In this document: piece after piece, positions 41,259 through 51,266 of the stretch | Numbering within the stretch: the first letter of the stretch is position 1 | How the letters are laid out: every line of letters starts with the position of its first letter | DNA from: Candidatus Cloacimonadales bacterium | GTDB taxonomy: Bacteria > Cloacimonadota > Cloacimonadia > Cloacimonadales > WRIO01 | Direction: 5' to 3' | Assembly: GCA_041654875.1 (NCBI GenBank) | Contig: JBAZCP010000001.1 | Location: 89,920-153,919, forward strand | Length of the DNA stretch: 64,000 nucleotides | The notes under the pieces: generated by a model | What the model was told of the DNA's origin: nothing | What the model saw: only the letters and a program-made list of their open reading frames with translations | The model's database searches: none | Translations under genes and position numbers: made by a program

Positions 41259-43916
41259 ATGAAGTTAAAAGACAAAATTCTTGCAAATAAGTTTAAAGCT
41301 ATTTATGCTAAAGATAATTCTCACCCAATCGTTAATATGCAGCTTTATGTTAAAATGGGCTCTGGTTGGGAAAGCGATGAGCAGGAAGGTTTTACTCATT
41401 TACTTGAGCATTTAGTTTTTAAATCCACAAAAAAGTATCCAAATAGTAGTATTATGTCAAAAGCTTCATCTCTTGGTGCATATATTAATGCTTATACTGA
41501 TTATGATACGACATGTTTTTATATAAGCTTGCCCCGCTATAAGACTGCAAAAGGAATCGAACTTTTGTCTCAATTAGCAATCTCTGCAAACTTTTCTGAT
41601 GAGGACTTTGAATCAGAAAAAAAAGTTGTTATTGAGGAATTGAAACAATATCAAAAAGACAAAGAAGAATATTTTATAGAGCAAATACCGCGTTTGTATT
41701 TCAAAGAAAGCCCATACAATAAGCCTATCATCGGTTCAATTACTGCACTCAAAAAATGTAAAGCAGATGAAATCAGACAATTCTATAAACAATACTATGT
41801 TCCTGAAAACTGCTTTTTATGTGTGACTGGAGATATTGAATTTTATAGAATTCATAAGACTGTAGAAAAATACTTTTCTGAGTGGACCTGTAACAATGAG
41901 AACAAAACAAAACTACAATATCATATTGCACAATATAGTAAAACTAATAATGTTCAATACGACAATAATTTAAGACATCTAATATATGAACATTTCCCAC
42001 AAAAAATGAAAAGTAAATATTTGGCTTTTGTTTTTCCTGAATATTCTGATAAGCAAGAAGAATCGTTACAGCAGACACTATTAACAAGAATACTTTTTCT
42101 TGGCAATAATTCAATTCTTCATAAGCGTTTATTTTTAAAAGATAAGCTCATTTATGATATGAAAGTCCACTCTTATTCTGGAGTAAATAGTGGAATTTGT
42201 ATTCTGTTGATATCATTACGTAAACAAAACTATGCATATAGAGTAATTGAGACAATATTTGAAGAAATAACTAAATTTATGACAGGAAAATCAGGTAAGG
42301 AAGAACTTGATAATTCCCGTACTGTACTTGAGTATTCTTATTATTACTCATTTGAATATATAGAATCTTTGAATAATTGTTTGTCTTATGAAGAAATAAT
42401 TGGAGACTATAAAGAGATATTTAATTGGCTATATAAAATAAGAAAGATAAGCATCCACAATCTAAGAGATTTAGCTAAAGAACTATTCTCACCAGATAAA
42501 CTTATGGTCGTTAGTGCAGGCAAAACAAGTTTGAGAAAAGAAAAAATTGAAGAATTATTTAAGCTCAATTTGAATGATAATTATAATAGCACTGCAGAAC
42601 GCAATCCAGCAATAATTGGTGAGATAGATAAAGGCAAAAGCAAGAATTATGCAAATTTAAAAATATCACATACTATGTTAAAAAAAAATAGACATATGGA
42701 GCATATCTTACCAAATGGGATAAAGCTCTTTATTAATAATAGTTCTCAAAAAGATTTGTGTGGTATATCACTTGCATTGAAAAGCTCTCAGTTGTATGAA
42801 AATCAATCACAATTAGGACTAAATCAACTTACTTCAAGTATGCTTTTGTATGGAAATAAGTCTATGGAATATGTTGACTTCTTAAGCTATTGTAGCAATA
42901 ATGGTATTTCTTTCTCTGTTTCATGCTCTAAAGAAAATACAAAAATTCGGGCAAAATGTTTTTCAGATAAATTGGTTGAATCTTTATCTTGTATATCTGA
43001 CACTCTTTATAAGCCAACCTTTCCTTTAGAACATTTTTATAATGTTAAAAATACATATATTAGCAATATAGAACGTGCAACTGATTTTCCAGAAACAATG
43101 GCTTTGTATTCCTGGAAACAGCTTTTATTTGGTATGAATTCAAATCTATTGGGTAAAGATGGTCAAATAGAAACACTTAGCAAATTTGAACAAGAAGATT
43201 GTGTTAAATGGCATCAAGATCATCTAATAAACAGCAAAGCAAGCCTCGTCATTACAGGTGATTTGGATTTTGATAAAACTATTAAAGCTTGCGAAAACAT
43301 TTTCACATTAGGTAAACACCCACAAGAAAACGATTTAAGTATTATAGCCGATATCAATCCATCTGAACAACGAAAAAAGTTGATACGAAATGGTTCAGAT
43401 CAATCAATCATCTTTGTTGGAGGCTTTAGTTGTCCATATGCAGAAACAGAAGAGCGTATGGCATTATTAGTGCTATCACAAATATTAGGTGGCGATTTAA
43501 ACTCAAGACTTTTAAAAGAATTACGAGAAAAAAGAGGAATAGCTTATTCTATTGGATTTAACTTTGATAGTTTAATGCATACAGGCTATTTTAATGCTTA
43601 TACTATTGTGGATAAAAGTTTTGAGGATAAAGCTTTAGAAGTTATTCATAAGATATTTTCTACAATAAGAGAAAGAGGAGTTAATTTAAAAGAAATAAAT
43701 ACATCTAAACAATATATTAAAGGTTTGAGTTACTTCGAAGAAGAAGGCGTACTATCTCAAGCACAAACATTGTCTTCACTGTTTTTAGAAAATAAAGATT
43801 ATGATTATTATCAAAAAAGGGATCAGCGCATTAAGATGGTAACAAAGGATCAGATTCAATTAATTGCCGATAAATATTTTAGACCAGAACAGTTGTATAC
43901 TTTAACTTATAGTTAA
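41259..43916 (+). CDS. M16-family zinc peptidase, duplicated (two M16 units in one chain)
   Basis: Inverted zinc motif HLLEHLVF. Start moved to ATG 41259 (MKLKDKIL); the track start at 41184 would overlap folE2 by 71 nt. Confidence 0.8.
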   Translation: MKLKDKILANKFKAIYAKDNSHPIVNMQLYVKMGSGWESDEQEGFTHLLEHLVFKSTKKYPNSSIMSKASSLGAYINAYTDYDTTCFYISLPRYKTAKGIELLSQLAISANFSDEDFESEKKVVIEELKQYQKDKEEYFIEQIPRLYFKESPYNKPIIGSITALKKCKADEIRQFYKQYYVPENCFLCVTGDIEFYRIHKTVEKYFSEWTCNNENKTKLQYHIAQYSKTNNVQYDNNLRHLIYEHFPQKMKSKYLAFVFPEYSDKQEESLQQTLLTRILFLGNNSILHKRLFLKDKLIYDMKVHSYSGVNSGICILLISLRKQNYAYRVIETIFEEITKFMTGKSGKEELDNSRTVLEYSYYYSFEYIESLNNCLSYEEIIGDYKEIFNWLYKIRKISIHNLRDLAKELFSPDKLMVVSAGKTSLRKEKIEELFKLNLNDNYNSTAERNPAIIGEIDKGKSKNYANLKISHTMLKKNRHMEHILPNGIKLFINNSSQKDLCGISLALKSSQLYENQSQLGLNQLTSSMLLYGNKSMEYVDFLSYCSNNGISFSVSCSKENTKIRAKCFSDKLVESLSCISDTLYKPTFPLEHFYNVKNTYISNIERATDFPETMALYSWKQLLFGMNSNLLGKDGQIETLSKFEQEDCVKWHQDHLINSKASLVITGDLDFDKTIKACENIFTLGKHPQENDLSIIADINPSEQRKKLIRNGSDQSIIFVGGFSCPYAETEERMALLVLSQILGGDLNSRLLKELREKRGIAYSIGFNFDSLMHTGYFNAYTIVDKSFEDKALEVIHKIFSTIRERGVNLKEINTSKQYIKGLSYFEEEGVLSQAQTLSSLFLENKDYDYYQKRDQRIKMVTKDQIQLIADKYFRPEQLYTLTYS

Positions 43917-43920
43917 AATT

Positions 43921-44748
43921 ATGAAAGTAAGTGTTGGAATTGATTGTGGCTCACGCACTGTTAAAGCAGTGATATTTGATTGTGAGACAAAAGAAATAAT
44001 TGACTATGGTATTTTAGATAACGGCTTATTTCCTCTCAAAAACATCAATAAACTGCTTGATAATATATTGATTAAAAATCAAATAAAACCATATGATATA
44101 GCTTCTTTGGCTGGAACAGGCTACGGGAGGAATAGTGTAAATTTGCATAATCTGAATAGTCTTAAAAACCAACAAATTCCGCTATTTACCTTCTCTGAAA
44201 TTACTTGTCATGGTAAAGGCAGTAGCTATTTGTTACCAGATTGTCATACTATTATTGACATTGGGGGTCAGGATTCTAAGGTCATTTTGATCGATGATAA
44301 AGGCAAAACTATTGACTTTGTAATGAATGATAAATGTGCAGCAGGAACAGGTCGATTTTTGGAAAAACTTGCCCAAATACTCGACATGAGTCTTGATATG
44401 TTAGATCCACTTGCCAAGCAACATGATAGAAAAATTATTATAAGTAGTACATGTGTTGTTTTTGCTGAATCTGAGATCATAGGTCTTCTTGCAAATGAAG
44501 AAAAAGCTGAAAATATTATTTACTCAATCTACTCTTCTATTGCAAGGAGAGTATTTAGCCAGTCAGGCACACTTTCATTAACAAAACCAATATCCTTTGT
44601 AGGGGGAGTTGCTCATCACGAAACTATAAAAGAAATATTCTCTGAGTTGTATGAATGCGAAATAAAATCACCAGAGAACCCTTCCATTGCTGGTGCTTTA
44701 GGAGCTGCAATTCTTGCAAATGATAGTTTAGAAAGAGCTAAAAAATGA
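43921..44748 (+). CDS. BadF/BcrA/HgdC-type ATPase (2-hydroxyacyl-CoA dehydratase activator-like)
   Basis: GIDCGSRTVK, DIGGQDSK, cluster-ligand contexts DKCAAGTGRFLE and STCVVFAESE. No dehydratase subunits are adjacent. Confidence 0.8.
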   Translation: MKVSVGIDCGSRTVKAVIFDCETKEIIDYGILDNGLFPLKNINKLLDNILIKNQIKPYDIASLAGTGYGRNSVNLHNLNSLKNQQIPLFTFSEITCHGKGSSYLLPDCHTIIDIGGQDSKVILIDDKGKTIDFVMNDKCAAGTGRFLEKLAQILDMSLDMLDPLAKQHDRKIIISSTCVVFAESEIIGLLANEEKAENIIYSIYSSIARRVFSQSGTLSLTKPISFVGGVAHHETIKEIFSELYECEIKSPENPSIAGALGAAILANDSLERAKK

Positions 44749-45530
44749 AAATCGACACTCATCTACACTCTGTATATAGCTTTGATAGCACAATTAAAAC
44801 TGAAAAATTGGTAAAAAAAGCAATAGAACGAAACTATGAGTATATTTGCTTTACAGATCATTTTGACTTATTACCACAAGAATTATCAAAATATGGAATA
44901 TTGTCTTTGAAAAGATATAAAACCGAAATAGATTCATTGAGAGATAAGTTTCCACAAATAAAAATAGGTTTTGGCTTAGAGATGGGGGAGATGCATAGAA
45001 CACGTGAATTAAGAGAAAAAATATTATATGGAATAAAGCTTGACTATATTATTGGTTCTATACATTTGTTAAGGAATGAGAAAAACTTATCCACTCCGAT
45101 AAATTTTTCTTTACAAGATAGTGATATTATGTTATATTATCTTGAGACATTAGAAATGATTGAAAAAGGAGGGTTTGATACACTGGGTCATCTGGATATT
45201 TTTAAAAGAGAGCTTCAAACAAGTATTAAACAACACGAATACATACAGGAACTTTTAGATGATATTCTTTTAAGTTTAATTAAAAGAGAGATTTGTCTTG
45301 AAGTCAATTATTCAGGATTTAGATCTTCTTGCAATCATACATTGCCAGATTTTCCTATTCTAACAAGATATAAAAATTTAGGAGGAGAACTAATTACTAT
45401 TGGTTCTGATTCTCATAGAATCGATTTTTTTGACAAATATTATGATAAAACTGTATGCCTATTAAAAGATGCTCAATTTGATAAAATATTTTATAAGTAT
45501 GACAATAAATGGATCGAAAATAAAATATAA
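44745..45530 (+). CDS. PHP-domain phosphoesterase (HisJ family histidinol-phosphatase-like)
   Basis: MKIDTHLHSVYSFDS, FTDH, GHLD and GSDSH metal-ligand motifs. Confidence 0.7.
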   Translation: MKIDTHLHSVYSFDSTIKTEKLVKKAIERNYEYICFTDHFDLLPQELSKYGILSLKRYKTEIDSLRDKFPQIKIGFGLEMGEMHRTRELREKILYGIKLDYIIGSIHLLRNEKNLSTPINFSLQDSDIMLYYLETLEMIEKGGFDTLGHLDIFKRELQTSIKQHEYIQELLDDILLSLIKREICLEVNYSGFRSSCNHTLPDFPILTRYKNLGGELITIGSDSHRIDFFDKYYDKTVCLLKDAQFDKIFYKYDNKWIENKI

Positions 45531-45538
45531 GGAGATTT

Positions 45539-45868
45539 ATGAAAGCTATAACAATTGATAAAATAGAAGACGGAATGGTGTTAGCACAAGATGTTTTAAA
45601 CCCAAAAGGGCAAATATTAATAAAATCTGGCGTGACATTAGATGATTATTATATTAATGTCTTAAATAAGTTTAATATTGATGTAATAATGGTCGCAGGT
45701 GATAGAGAATCAAGAGAAATGTCGCGTGAAGAAAGAGCAGCTCTCATGATGCAAGTGAGACCTGGTAAAAAAATGATCTTTCAAAAATGTATAACCGATC
45801 CCTTTATATATGAAATGTATGAGGCAGTGGTACAAAATTCTGTATGGGAAAAATGGAATGAAAAGTAA
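45539..45868 (+). CDS. Small protein resembling the N-terminal accessory domain of HD-GYP proteins (DUF3391-like)
   Basis: 109 aa. The pattern KIEDGMVLAQDV..KGQILIKSGVTL....INVLNKFNIDVIMV is of the type seen N-terminal to HD-GYP domains. This is pattern recognition only. Confidence 0.3.
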   Translation: MKAITIDKIEDGMVLAQDVLNPKGQILIKSGVTLDDYYINVLNKFNIDVIMVAGDRESREMSREERAALMMQVRPGKKMIFQKCITDPFIYEMYEAVVQNSVWEKWNEK

Positions 45869-46721
45869 GAATGAAATTTTAAATTTAATACAACAAAATA
45901 TCCAAAACTCATCAGACTTACTATATTATAGTTCAGTAATAACCGAATTTAACCGTGCTATGTCAAGTCCAGATGTACAAATCGAAAAATTAAGTAATAT
46001 TATTGAAAAAGATCCTGGCTTGACTGCAAACGTTTTGAGAATGGCAAATTCAAGCTATTATGGTCTTTCCAAAAGAGTTATGACAGTCAAACATGCCGTT
46101 TCATTGTTAGGATATGTGTCATTAGAAAAAATATTTACAGTTAATGTGTTTAGTAAGAGTATTTCAAAACAAAGAACTGCTCATGGTGAAAATCTTTGGA
46201 AACATTCTCTTGCTGTAGCTATAGCAGCTCAACAAATAGTTTCAAATATAAAACCAGAGATGTCAGAATTGGCTTTTACTGCTGGACTATTACATGATAT
46301 TGGTAAGTTTTTGATAATGAATTTACTGCCAGATTCTTACAATAATCTTTTAAAAGAATTTAACAAAAATCCATATCAATATTCTATTGGACTTGATAAT
46401 AAATTCATAGGTATTGACCATCAGCAAGTTGGTGAGCTTTTTGCAAAATCATGGGACCTGCCCCAACCAATAATTAATGTTATAAGATATCATCATAATA
46501 TTGATTTTGCTAAAGATAATAAAGATATAGTTGCAGCAGTAAGTGTTGCAAATAACATCGTAAAAGGTATGGAATTAGGACAATCTACATCTATGTTGGT
46601 AGAACTAATTCCCAAATGGGTTTGGAGTTATATCTCACTAAACAAAGAGGATTTCTACAAAATAATTCCTTTAATTCAACAAAAATATAATGCATATTTA
46701 GCATTTTTAAATATTGTGTAA
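45858..46721 (+). CDS. HDOD-domain protein
   Basis: KLSNIIEKDPGLTANVLRMANSSYYGL...VKHAVSLLG and GLLHDIGK. Start set to ATG 45858 (MKSKNEIL), overlapping the upstream stop. Confidence 0.75.
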   Translation: MKSKNEILNLIQQNIQNSSDLLYYSSVITEFNRAMSSPDVQIEKLSNIIEKDPGLTANVLRMANSSYYGLSKRVMTVKHAVSLLGYVSLEKIFTVNVFSKSISKQRTAHGENLWKHSLAVAIAAQQIVSNIKPEMSELAFTAGLLHDIGKFLIMNLLPDSYNNLLKEFNKNPYQYSIGLDNKFIGIDHQQVGELFAKSWDLPQPIINVIRYHHNIDFAKDNKDIVAAVSVANNIVKGMELGQSTSMLVELIPKWVWSYISLNKEDFYKIIPLIQQKYNAYLAFLNIV

Positions 46722-46722
46722 T

Positions 46723-48297
46723 ATGGAAAAGTTTAATTTAGGAATACCTTATTTTGACCAAGCACTGAACAGTTTAGAAACAAGAACGCTTTATGGAGTA
46801 CACTCTAATAATGCAAAACTTGCTCAACTATTTGTTGCACCTATAATAACAAATCTTCTTGAACACAAAAAGTCAGTATTAATACTATGCGATACAACAG
46901 CAAATATATTGGTTGATACATACAAAATCTTTAATTTCGATACTCAACCATATATTGAAAGCCAACAACTTGTCATATTAGAGCAACCTCCTGAGTTAAG
47001 TAGCATACTATCTAATTTAAATAACCTTGAGATCGTATTTGACGACCTTCTGGTACATACAAACTGTTTTACTCCAGACTTTATATTTATCGAATCTTTA
47101 ATGTCTTTTCTACCAAAAAATAATAGCTCTGTAAGTAGAATTATAATAAATAAGTTAATCAACTTTTTGCAATCATTGCCTACCACATGTATTATTGATT
47201 TTTCAGACATTGAATATGATTTAGTATTATTCTTTGAAAAGCAAATGAATTCAATATTTTCTTTAAAGTATAGTGATAAACATAGAATTCACCAACTAAC
47301 ATATAAACAAATAAAATCAGATATATCAAAAGAATTCGCTTTTAGCCTGGAATCAAATAGATTTATTGATAAACCGAACTTTTATACTGGAGCCAATATA
47401 TCTGTAAACGACATAGAAACAGTGTATATTTATAAAGAATACAAAGCATTAGAAAATATACTTATAAAAGTTCTTACTACTCAGATAAAATTTGTACTTT
47501 TTGATCGACTTGAAAGCATTTTAGATAATCTAAAAGATAAAAATATGCTTGTATTTTTGCCAGGCTTATTAAAAAATGAAAATGGTGTAAAAATTGGGTA
47601 TGAGCTAAAATGTAAATATAATAGTATAAAACTAATTCTTTTAGTTGATAACTTAATAAGTGTCCAACAAAAAATTAGGTTTTTAAGAATGGGTATTGAC
47701 GGTTTTCTTGAAATACCCTTTTCTATTGATAAAATCAGTGAACTTCTTGCTAAACTTTACCCAATCGTAACTCATAGTAGTAGTAAGAGACAAATATCAC
47801 TGCTTTACACAAAAGATATAAAGTTTAATGTGGACAATCAAGGCATTGTATATTTCGATAATATCTACAGAGAGTTAAAAAACTATCTATATAAAACCTT
47901 TTCAAATGCATCATCGATTCAATTTATAAAGATAAAAATGCACAATATGAATATTAACTCTGTAGCTCCTATATTAAAGAAGCATGATGAGCTACTGTGC
48001 CTTTTTGTCGATAATGTTTTAGAAAAAGAAGTATATTTGATCGCTGCTTTCGAAAACATTAGCCAAAAAGCCAAACAAGAAATATATGCTCAACTAAAAA
48101 TTGCTATTGTGAATTCGACACACTTGATTCAAAGAGATTCTGAAAATGTGCTGAAAAAGATGTTTATTCCAGAGCAACAAAGCACCAGTGTTTATAGCAA
48201 TATATCTGAAGGTATTAGTCACGTTGACTTTATTAGCTATCCTTTTGACGAAGTAAATTATGACCAATTGATAAAAAGGTTATTTGAACATGATTAG
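46723..48297 (+). CDS. Hypothetical signalling protein: KaiC/RecA-like domain with degenerate Walker A, plus a pseudo-receiver and an unknown C-terminal domain
   Basis: The N-terminus follows the KaiC-like layout (LGIPYFDQALNS...LYGV-HSNNAKLA-...VLILCDT...FIFIESLMSFL...CIIDFSD). HSNNAKL replaces GxxGxGKT. The mid region looks receiver-like (MLVFLPG...KLILLVDN...GIDGFLEIPF). Confidence 0.35.
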   Translation: MEKFNLGIPYFDQALNSLETRTLYGVHSNNAKLAQLFVAPIITNLLEHKKSVLILCDTTANILVDTYKIFNFDTQPYIESQQLVILEQPPELSSILSNLNNLEIVFDDLLVHTNCFTPDFIFIESLMSFLPKNNSSVSRIIINKLINFLQSLPTTCIIDFSDIEYDLVLFFEKQMNSIFSLKYSDKHRIHQLTYKQIKSDISKEFAFSLESNRFIDKPNFYTGANISVNDIETVYIYKEYKALENILIKVLTTQIKFVLFDRLESILDNLKDKNMLVFLPGLLKNENGVKIGYELKCKYNSIKLILLVDNLISVQQKIRFLRMGIDGFLEIPFSIDKISELLAKLYPIVTHSSSKRQISLLYTKDIKFNVDNQGIVYFDNIYRELKNYLYKTFSNASSIQFIKIKMHNMNINSVAPILKKHDELLCLFVDNVLEKEVYLIAAFENISQKAKQEIYAQLKIAIVNSTHLIQRDSENVLKKMFIPEQQSTSVYSNISEGISHVDFISYPFDEVNYDQLIKRLFEHD

Positions 48298-48625
48298 CCA
48301 ACTCTATACAGGCTTGATTCTTATCACAATACTGATTACAATAGTTATGATATTTATTATAAAAAGATTAAAAGCCTTAATCAATATTCAAAAAACACTC
48401 CGTAGAATTAATCAAAACGATAAATTTGACAGAGAAGATTTGTATTCAAATTCCAACTATAGTAGGTTAATAATTAATCCCCTTAGTAACCAAAAGCGTT
48501 TTTTTAGGTTGTATAAGAGCGGATATAATTTAATTTGTAGCAAGGAATACAATAAAGTCACATATAATTTAGAAAACTATACTGTTTTTAGAATTTTTGA
48601 AAATAAAGTTAAAAGCGAGAGATAA
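48290..48625 (+). CDS. Small single-pass membrane protein, hypothetical
   Basis: One N-terminal hydrophobic helix (LYTGLILITILITIVMIFII). Translationally coupled on both sides (overlapping stop/start codons). Confidence 0.4.
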   Translation: MISQLYTGLILITILITIVMIFIIKRLKALINIQKTLRRINQNDKFDREDLYSNSNYSRLIINPLSNQKRFFRLYKSGYNLICSKEYNKVTYNLENYTVFRIFENKVKSER

Positions 48626-49002
48626 TGGAAACACTTAATACAAGCATTAAAAGTTTATTAGCTATTGATGAAAATATTGAAGACTATGCTCAACTTAATT
48701 CAATTTTATTATATCATAATATTGACGTAAAACTCATAAACAACATTCTGAATGCAGAAAATGAGATTCAGCTAACAAAATATGATTGTTATCTTATAGC
48801 TGATGTTATAAATACTGAAAAAACAACTTTCCTAATTGATTTAATAAAAATTTATAACCCTGGAGCTGTGGTTATTCTTGTAGCGGAAAATCCAACAGCA
48901 GAAATGATTATCGAATACATACCTTATGGTATAGATAATGTAATAACAAAGCCCTTCCTGTGGACATCTATTGAAAATGTTTTAAATATATATAATTACT
49001 GA
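48625..49002 (+). CDS. Stand-alone receiver (REC)-like protein
   Basis: 125 aa with CheY-like beta-alpha periodicity (LLAIDEN, CYLIADV, VVILVAEN, VITKPF). TAATG overlap with the upstream gene. Confidence 0.55.
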   Translation: METLNTSIKSLLAIDENIEDYAQLNSILLYHNIDVKLINNILNAENEIQLTKYDCYLIADVINTEKTTFLIDLIKIYNPGAVVILVAENPTAEMIIEYIPYGIDNVITKPFLWTSIENVLNIYNY

Positions 49003-49014
49003 CAAACAGTCCAT

Positions 49015-49923
49015 CTATAAAAGCTGTTTCTCTGTTTCTGCCATGATTTGTACGAAATCTTGTTCTTTTGTAGAATTATCATTTATTGCCCATTCGAATT
49101 CTATGGCAATAAATCTTGGGTTATTAACTATTGAATTATGAATTCTATTAATCACTTTTTCACCGTCTATTTTGTTAACCTCATATAAAAAAATTGCAAA
49201 AGTATCAGGATATAATATACCTGCAAAGTCTGTATCTCTAATATTTTTCTTTATAAGATTAGATATTTCTTGCAAAAATAATGACAGTTTATGGCTTCCA
49301 AATGCCTGAGATACTTCTTCTAATTTTTTAATTTTAACGAGACTAAGTGTGTAAGTTCTATTATATCTTGCCAATACGGCATGTTTTTTAATACAATTTT
49401 TAATAAAGCCTTTGTGGTTATAAAATCCAGTATTGCTATCCATCTCATTTGTTTGTTCTAATTCTAATTGGAGCTGCTTAATTTTTAGGATTAATGATAA
49501 AAGTGAACAATAAACATTTATTTTTTCAATTTCATAGTCGCTAAAATAATCTTTTTGTCTATCAATAAACACAAAACCAATAAGATCAACATGATAATAA
49601 AGCGGGAATATAATTAGATCAGTAGCAATATATTCAAAACACATACGGTTATCGCTATAGCGTAATGACTGGAATGATTGCAAGCTATGGACAATCTTAT
49701 CACTATCTTTACATATATGGTTTTTTATAAAAGTAGGGGACAGGTGCTTGTGTGCTTTTATATGAAAAAGATTATCTTCATTATTTCTCAAAAAGATTCC
49801 TAATGATTGAAAAGGAATTTCATTTTCAATATTATTTATAACACTATATAAGTTTTCTTCTATAGTGTTTTTACTTATAAGACTTTGGCTCAATTCGTTA
49901 ATATCTTTAAACCCTATGTTCAT
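49015..49923 (-). CDS. GAF-like / degenerate GGDEF domain protein
   Basis: The C-terminal half follows the GGDEF fold (DSNTGFYNHKGF...LSLVKIKKL...). The active-site position reads GILYPDTFAIFL instead of RxGGDEF. Confidence 0.5.
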   Translation of the reverse strand: MNIGFKDINELSQSLISKNTIEENLYSVINNIENEIPFQSLGIFLRNNEDNLFHIKAHKHLSPTFIKNHICKDSDKIVHSLQSFQSLRYSDNRMCFEYIATDLIIFPLYYHVDLIGFVFIDRQKDYFSDYEIEKINVYCSLLSLILKIKQLQLELEQTNEMDSNTGFYNHKGFIKNCIKKHAVLARYNRTYTLSLVKIKKLEEVSQAFGSHKLSLFLQEISNLIKKNIRDTDFAGILYPDTFAIFLYEVNKIDGEKVINRIHNSIVNNPRFIAIEFEWAINDNSTKEQDFVQIMAETEKQLL

Positions 49924-49925
49924 TT

Positions 49926-51266
49926 TTATCTCCTTTTAATTCTTTGAGTCCATCTAATAACGTCAGTTTCTCCTGCTTTAATATTTCTTTCAATTGTGAT
50001 GGTATAGGCATCTTTTTCTGTGTATTCGAAGTTTTTTTCTATGATTTTATAGTTATTATTGCCAATATAGTGTGAAATGATTAATTTAATCGGTTCTATC
50101 TTTTTATTTTGTATTTTGACTTCAAACTGTTGTTCTATATCATTTCCAATTTTTATATCTTTGATAATTTTTGTATTTGCAATAACGTCAAAAGCGTTTC
50201 CAATAGTCAATAAGACATTTTGATCGATACTTGTATGTGGTAAATCATCTTCGCCAATAAACTCGATATTATTATCTGCATCATCGTATTGGTATAATTT
50301 TACGATTCCTTTTGGTAATGGGATTCCCAATCCATTCTTCTTTGTGTTTTTAAAGTTAATAGTAGACTTAACTTTGTTATTTGAATATTGACTGCTATCA
50401 TATCGATATATTCTTTCAATTGTAATTTCTTTTGTATCAAACAAAAGCATTTGCTTTATTTGCTTGTCATTTATACTTGCTTTTTGGTCTAATGTATAAA
50501 GATGATAGTCGGCAAAGGATTTTTCTTCAAATGTTGGAGAGCTTCTTTCCATCATTGCATCTTTAGAGTACAACACATTTCCAGCACGGTATGTATCTAC
50601 TTTGTTCAATTCACCAGCGACCAATTTTAAAACTACTTGATCATAAGACTTTCCACTCTGATTATTAATTGTTACCCATGGGCTTATTTGGACTTTGTTT
50701 TGAATTAATACGGCATTGTATGTTACATACCAGCTTAAACCTCTTGTTATATAAGAAATTGTAACTGGGTATTTACCTGTTAACGGAGCATTGAGCTGCC
50801 AATTTAACGTTGGTTTAGTATAAAAGTTTGAGGGTAAGTTTAAAAGCTTAATGCTCTTAATTTCTTGTTTATTTAATAAATTAAGCTCTTTAGTCTTTTC
50901 ATCTTGTAATCCTATTGTATTCATGTTGAAAAATAGTAAAATACCATCAAACTCTGTATTATCTTTCATAATAATGCTAATGTTGGAGTTGATATACTTT
51001 TTGAGTATGGCATCAGTGTCTGCCAAGTCATATTCATAGTTTTGTGAAAACAAAAATAGATTCTTATTTTTAGAAGAAAAGATTAGAGAGCTTGGTTCTA
51101 TTCTTTCTGGTATATCATTATAAAGGTAATTTTGGATTCCTTTTTGAAGATGCAAATCTAATTCAGTTTTAAAAACAGCTAAATTGTCATTATAAATTGT
51201 CAGATTGTCTAAAGCATAAAGAAGCACAGAGCTTAATAAAATAATAATAAAAATTCTTTTTAACAT
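49926..51266 (-). CDS. Secreted DUF4139-like protein
   Basis: 446 aa with a signal peptide. The N-terminal LTIYNDNLAVFKTELDLHLQKG pattern is typical of the DUF4139/DUF4140 family; from memory only. Confidence 0.4.
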   Translation of the reverse strand: MLKRIFIIILLSSVLLYALDNLTIYNDNLAVFKTELDLHLQKGIQNYLYNDIPERIEPSSLIFSSKNKNLFLFSQNYEYDLADTDAILKKYINSNISIIMKDNTEFDGILLFFNMNTIGLQDEKTKELNLLNKQEIKSIKLLNLPSNFYTKPTLNWQLNAPLTGKYPVTISYITRGLSWYVTYNAVLIQNKVQISPWVTINNQSGKSYDQVVLKLVAGELNKVDTYRAGNVLYSKDAMMERSSPTFEEKSFADYHLYTLDQKASINDKQIKQMLLFDTKEITIERIYRYDSSQYSNNKVKSTINFKNTKKNGLGIPLPKGIVKLYQYDDADNNIEFIGEDDLPHTSIDQNVLLTIGNAFDVIANTKIIKDIKIGNDIEQQFEVKIQNKKIEPIKLIISHYIGNNNYKIIEKNFEYTEKDAYTITIERNIKAGETDVIRWTQRIKRR

